Below are positions 28,901 to 32,000 of a stretch of DNA of 32,000 bases, in pieces. The notes under the pieces are model-generated. The model did no database searches. It saw only the letters and a program-made list of their open reading frames with translations, and had not been told where the DNA came from. Origin of the DNA: Vibrio vulnificus CMCP6 (GTDB taxonomy: Bacteria > Pseudomonadota > Gammaproteobacteria > Enterobacterales > Vibrionaceae); the NCBI RefSeq assembly GCF_000039765.1, contig NC_004460.2:690001-722000 (forward strand), read 5' to 3'. The position numbers and the translations under genes were made by a program. Position 1 is the first letter of the stretch; every line of letters starts with the position of its first letter.

Positions 28901-31744
28901 ACCGAGAAGCATATCCTTAGTAATATTGAACAAGGTAAGGGGCAACACTCCCCTTTTGCCACCTCAAAACAGGTACATTCCTACCTTGAGGCTCAATCTT
29001 GTCTCACTCATGGTCAAAAAAATTCAATTCATCTGATCTCCACCACAAAAGACAGCTTTGTGGCCATACAAGGTTTAGCCGGTACGGGTAAGTCCACAAT
29101 GCTCGAAACCAACATCGAACTCATCGCCCAAGCGGGAAAAAACCAACCTGATCAAATTATTGGTCTTGCCCCCACTCACTCAGCTGTCGGGGAATTGGAA
29201 AGTAAAGGTGTCAAAGCGCAAACACTGGAGAGCTTACTCACCGATATTCGCCAGGGCCGTGCCTCACCAGAAGACTATAAAAACACCTTATTCTTTCTGG
29301 ATGAGAGTTCGATGGTCAGCAATAAACAAGCGAAGGAGCTCACTGACTTGGTACTGCAAAGCCAATCTAAAGCTGTGTTATTAGGTGATAAAGAGCAGCT
29401 ACTGTCTCTGAATGCGGGTAAGCCGTTCGAGCTGGCCATGACAAAAGGCATCATCGATACCGCGCAGATCATCGAGTCAGAGCAAATGACCGACATCATT
29501 CGTCAGCGCAACAAAGCAACATTAGGTGCAGTGCACAACATTCTCGATAAACAACCCGACAGTGCGCTCGACAAACTCAGTCAACAAGGCGCGGATAAAC
29601 AAGGAAAAACGCAACATGTCATTTCAACACTTACCGATAACCCTCAAGACCCTCGAAAAGCGCAGCAAATCGCGACTGAGAAGCTTCCTTATGAAGTCGC
29701 ACAAGATTACCTATCACGTACTCAAGAAACGCGCGAAAATACGCTTATCATTGCTTACACGAACAACGAGCGAGATGCCATCACTGAACACATTCGCCAC
29801 GGCTTAATAAAAAAGAACGAGTTAGGCAAAGAAAATGTCATTGTGCCAAGACTTCGTTCTATCGGCGCCAGTGGCGAAGAGCTCAAAACGATGATGCCGT
29901 ACCAAAAAGGGCTTGTGCTCAGTACCAAGCCAGGGCAATACGGAACCATCACCAAAGTCGATTCTGAACATGGTGTGGTCGTGGTAAAGAGCCACGAGAC
30001 AGGGAAAGAAAGCGCCTTTTTACCAAGGCATCGCGATCATAAGTTTACTGCTCTGTTTTCGGTTTCGCATAAACCGTTATCAACAGGCGATAAGATCATC
30101 ACCCGCTTTACAGACAAAACTCGCGGCATTAAGGCCAACGTCGTGCACCACATTGTTCAAGCCGACAATAACGCCGTGATTGCCCAATCCAAAAATGGAC
30201 AATCACTCACGATCGATCCCGAAAAAATTAAGGATGGCCATTGGGATTACGCCTATACCCGAACCGCAGATATGGCGCAAGGTGCCACGTACCAAAACGT
30301 CATTACCTCTATCAAAGGGAAAGGTGCTCTAACTAACCTAAGACGTGCTTATATCGATTTAACAAGGGCAAGTGAACACGTCAGACTCTACACCGATAAC
30401 CCCAAACAGATGATGAAGAGCTGGTTATCCAAAGAGGTCAACAAAGCCAGTGCGATTGAAACCGTTAAGCACATCGCCCCTCAATCGACCACGTATTTTA
30501 ATGGCAACGCGCTTCCTCATGAAGACGTTCGTTATCAAAACAAAAATGGCGATTTCGATTACGACAAATTCAGAGAGCACATCAACTCTGAGTTACCAAA
30601 ATACACAGAAAGCCTCGCCATCCACCTATTAGGAGCGCCTAACAAATCGAAATCCGATCGAGACTATTTAACGTTTGGTACGGGCAAGTCCGCCATTAAA
30701 GTCAGTTTAACGGGGGACTATCGCGGTTATTTCAAAGATTACACAACAGGAGAAAAAGGCTCGCTGATTAATCTAATGATGAGTCATAAAGACCTCAGTT
30801 ACAAAGAGGCGATGAACGAGGCTCATCACCTCTTAAATAATCCTGAACACTATCAAGTTGCAATTAACAAGGATCACGACAAGCTTATGAATACAACACC
30901 AAAACACATTGCTCAATTTGAACAACGATCGAAAGATTATTTACAAGAAAGCCAAGAGCTAAAAGGAACATTAGCTGAGCAATACCTCCATAAGTTAGGT
31001 GTTAAAAACGCTGAGAACGACAACGTTCGTTTCCATCCCGCAGTTTACTCGTCAGAAGATAAAGCGTTCCACCCTGCTATGATTGCAAACATTCACAACC
31101 AGAAAGGAGAAACACGAGCGATTGAAATTACCTATCTTGACCATGATGCTAATAAAGACAGTGATATGGATGTGAACCCAAGAGTATTAGGGACCAAATC
31201 GAAGCAAATGACTCTCTTTAACCAAGGACAGGATTTAAACACAACGATTATTAGTACGGGCATTGAGCAGTCGTTCATAATAAATGAGCATACTCACGGC
31301 CAATATGACATCATCAATGTCAATCATAAAAATGACATTCAAAATATAACGCCTGACGAAATACGACAAAATGTCATTATTGTGTTGACCAATCAAAACT
31401 TAGATATCAACTCAAACAACATGGAGAAGATCATTAAAAAATTCTCTTCTCCTAATATTAACTTTGTTACCGAAGAAGATATGCTCAAGCAAATCACTGA
31501 GTGCATTCATAAATTTGAAGGACAGGATAAAGACATCAACCTCAATATTGCCATTGATGATAGTGTGTTGAAACAGCCTAATAGTGACCATAAAGATGTT
31601 ATTTCGTCTATACATAATGAGCGAGAGAGTAAAGAATTAGAGCACTTTGATCATAAAGAACATTCACCTCAACAAGATATTGACTTAAATAAAGCTCAAG
31701 ACGTAGACAAACATCTAGATTTAGACAGAGAGTTAGAACGATAA
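25958..31744 (+). CDS. traI: MobF-family relaxase/helicase TraI with a primase/Toprim-like C-terminal extension
   Basis: 1928 aa; 'SNAAQYYLNEE'/'DNYYLKE' Tyr motifs, 'DPQVHSHALAANM' metal-binding His triad, 'FVAIQGLAGTGKSTML' Walker A; C-terminal 'YRGYFKDYTTGEKGSLINLM...' and 'AEQYLHKLGVKNAENDNVRFHPAVYSSEDKAFHPAMIANIHNQKGETRAIEITYLDHD' primase-associated segments. Confidence 0.92.
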   Translation: MMSISPLRSPSNAAQYYLNEENTQDLPDTSLEKDASDNYYLKEKQQGENTFWHGKLAQEAGLLGKPVEQKTLETILSGTLNDETIKGKREDHKSGFDLTFSAPKNASILALVGGDSRLIEAHNNAVKFALSELEKDVAQATHTNEAGEREFHNTQSMIFAVVRHKTSRNNDPQVHSHALAANMTRDQEGNLRTLASNLKQKGGVINGSGERIYNFQKYYTALYQSQFARESEELGFQTKGLGNAQFDIDGVPESLHKAFSTRKQQIDQQVMEFGHDTQASRDTAALDTRQRKTYHSDSTLNHKWQQTVKGEGFDPALLVKQSQAMPQKGGHAMQQAHEAFSHAMTHLGQYSTSLSLEKVIEVAASDFTKGTQQANAIDLKQVADEWIKNGQLVPLAEKGHYTSQTMLKNEKALMDITKGRTHNMRTNIDEPTLNRLNIAQDNRQKVADLYGSTKQFHVVNVFGSSEQIAQNLLNAGNHSGKRVQLVSQNTQHHRHNQQNIPRESHTFVTWVKHLFQDDQRHTLQGLLDSKHPLTNKDIILVDNANKMSANELLSLSEKAGNSNSKVILLNRVSNRQGMKAHSAIDLYSKGNVTTHTWVNSKQADSVVRLHNREDHNIALTYADLPDKTNAQVLATSGVEQRRLTNEIRAALKNDGQLSRTSVTVFTQQPHYLSKPQQQFAKHYQSGMTLRQWDKGKPHDFVIASVDKASNTLEVLSKTDGKASTFDPSSKAFQSMNMQLYKPDALEISQGERILATNKHFPSQLEAGHHYLVTSITKNSLTLTNQQGQSSTLPLDKLKDAPLTYDYAHSANHFEPREHTLLSGKAFTLSKALLNDLTESSARLDIFTDHPEKAQQALEKAEVRPSAIERVLHTQHINDRYLSEATESTLRHDIEHAIGVLAKEQHAPVSQKAVDFALNHLSEKEAGFTQKELVIEAVRFAFEETNSPITKAHIEAELAERSDTLSAEYSDGTRWTTEAAIETEKHILSNIEQGKGQHSPFATSKQVHSYLEAQSCLTHGQKNSIHLISTTKDSFVAIQGLAGTGKSTMLETNIELIAQAGKNQPDQIIGLAPTHSAVGELESKGVKAQTLESLLTDIRQGRASPEDYKNTLFFLDESSMVSNKQAKELTDLVLQSQSKAVLLGDKEQLLSLNAGKPFELAMTKGIIDTAQIIESEQMTDIIRQRNKATLGAVHNILDKQPDSALDKLSQQGADKQGKTQHVISTLTDNPQDPRKAQQIATEKLPYEVAQDYLSRTQETRENTLIIAYTNNERDAITEHIRHGLIKKNELGKENVIVPRLRSIGASGEELKTMMPYQKGLVLSTKPGQYGTITKVDSEHGVVVVKSHETGKESAFLPRHRDHKFTALFSVSHKPLSTGDKIITRFTDKTRGIKANVVHHIVQADNNAVIAQSKNGQSLTIDPEKIKDGHWDYAYTRTADMAQGATYQNVITSIKGKGALTNLRRAYIDLTRASEHVRLYTDNPKQMMKSWLSKEVNKASAIETVKHIAPQSTTYFNGNALPHEDVRYQNKNGDFDYDKFREHINSELPKYTESLAIHLLGAPNKSKSDRDYLTFGTGKSAIKVSLTGDYRGYFKDYTTGEKGSLINLMMSHKDLSYKEAMNEAHHLLNNPEHYQVAINKDHDKLMNTTPKHIAQFEQRSKDYLQESQELKGTLAEQYLHKLGVKNAENDNVRFHPAVYSSEDKAFHPAMIANIHNQKGETRAIEITYLDHDANKDSDMDVNPRVLGTKSKQMTLFNQGQDLNTTIISTGIEQSFIINEHTHGQYDIINVNHKNDIQNITPDEIRQNVIIVLTNQNLDINSNNMEKIIKKFSSPNINFVTEEDMLKQITECIHKFEGQDKDINLNIAIDDSVLKQPNSDHKDVISSIHNERESKELEHFDHKEHSPQQDIDLNKAQDVDKHLDLDRELER

Positions 31745-31774
31745 AAAAGGGTAGCCATTAGGCTACCCTTTTTT
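31743..31774. terminator. Bidirectional Rho-independent terminator between traI and the convergent gene
   Basis: Perfect 14-bp stem AAAAAAGGGTAGCC / GGCTACCCTTTTTT with loop ATTA; contains the stop codon of the minus-strand gene. Confidence 0.92.
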
Positions 31775-32000
31775 TTTGCCTTCAAGAAATGAATCCACCT
31801 GATTATCAATATCGGCTTTAACTTGGCGCCTAACGGGTTGAGACTCTTTTTGATCTTTAAATAACTTCTCACCATTAAATGTCTGACCATGAATAACATC
31901 CCCTATCGCAGAGGACTGGCGAACAACCCGATAAATCTCCTCCATCAGCTCTCTGTTTGAAGGACGGCCTTCATCACTATCATTCAGCTTGATCCGTAAA
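31763..32000 (-). CDS. Hypothetical protein, 5' end off the right edge of the window
   Basis: Open frame to the window edge: ...LRIKLNDSDEGRPSNRELMEEIYRVVRQSSAIGDVIHGQTFNGEKLFKDQKESQPVRRQVKADIDNQVDSFLEGKKKG*. Confidence 0.55.
   Translation of the reverse strand, partial: LRIKLNDSDEGRPSNRELMEEIYRVVRQSSAIGDVIHGQTFNGEKLFKDQKESQPVRRQVKADIDNQVDSFLEGKKKG

Noticed and set aside
1-32000. CRISPR array, tRNA or rRNA genes, and a canonical oriT
   Set aside because: No regularly spaced repeats, tRNA-like cloverleaf or rRNA sequence was noticed by eye, and the expected F-type oriT (near traM) would lie outside this window; only a dedicated scan could exclude them formally.

Overview
The window carries the 3' half of an F-type conjugation (tra) module, probably from a Vibrionaceae-type plasmid or ICE. 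On the + strand, in F-plasmid order, are traU, trbC, traN, traF, a trbB-like thioredoxin, traH and traG, then traD and a MobF traI, ending at a strong bidirectional terminator. A block of about 12 kb between traG and traD, where F carries traS/traT, is mostly cargo. It holds a lipoprotein in the exclusion-gene position; a phage-type KilA-N locus whose leader looks like the c4/icd(ash)-ant immunity arrangement of P1/P4-like phages; a cassette of a 47-aa peptide, a ferritin-like di-iron enzyme and an MFS exporter; an IS3-family remnant; a catalytic-core-only tyrosine recombinase; a two-gene CBASS-like operon (CD-NTase plus SLATT 2TM effector); and, divergent from it, a 1270-aa SIR2-domain protein. 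Between traD and traI lie an endonuclease I-like gene broken by two in-frame amber codons and a hok-family toxin gene with a hok-like leader. The best novelty candidates are the peptide/di-iron/MFS cassette, the SIR2 protein next to CBASS, and the use of the traG-traD junction as a cargo/defence site. All identifications come from reading the sequence; no database search was run.
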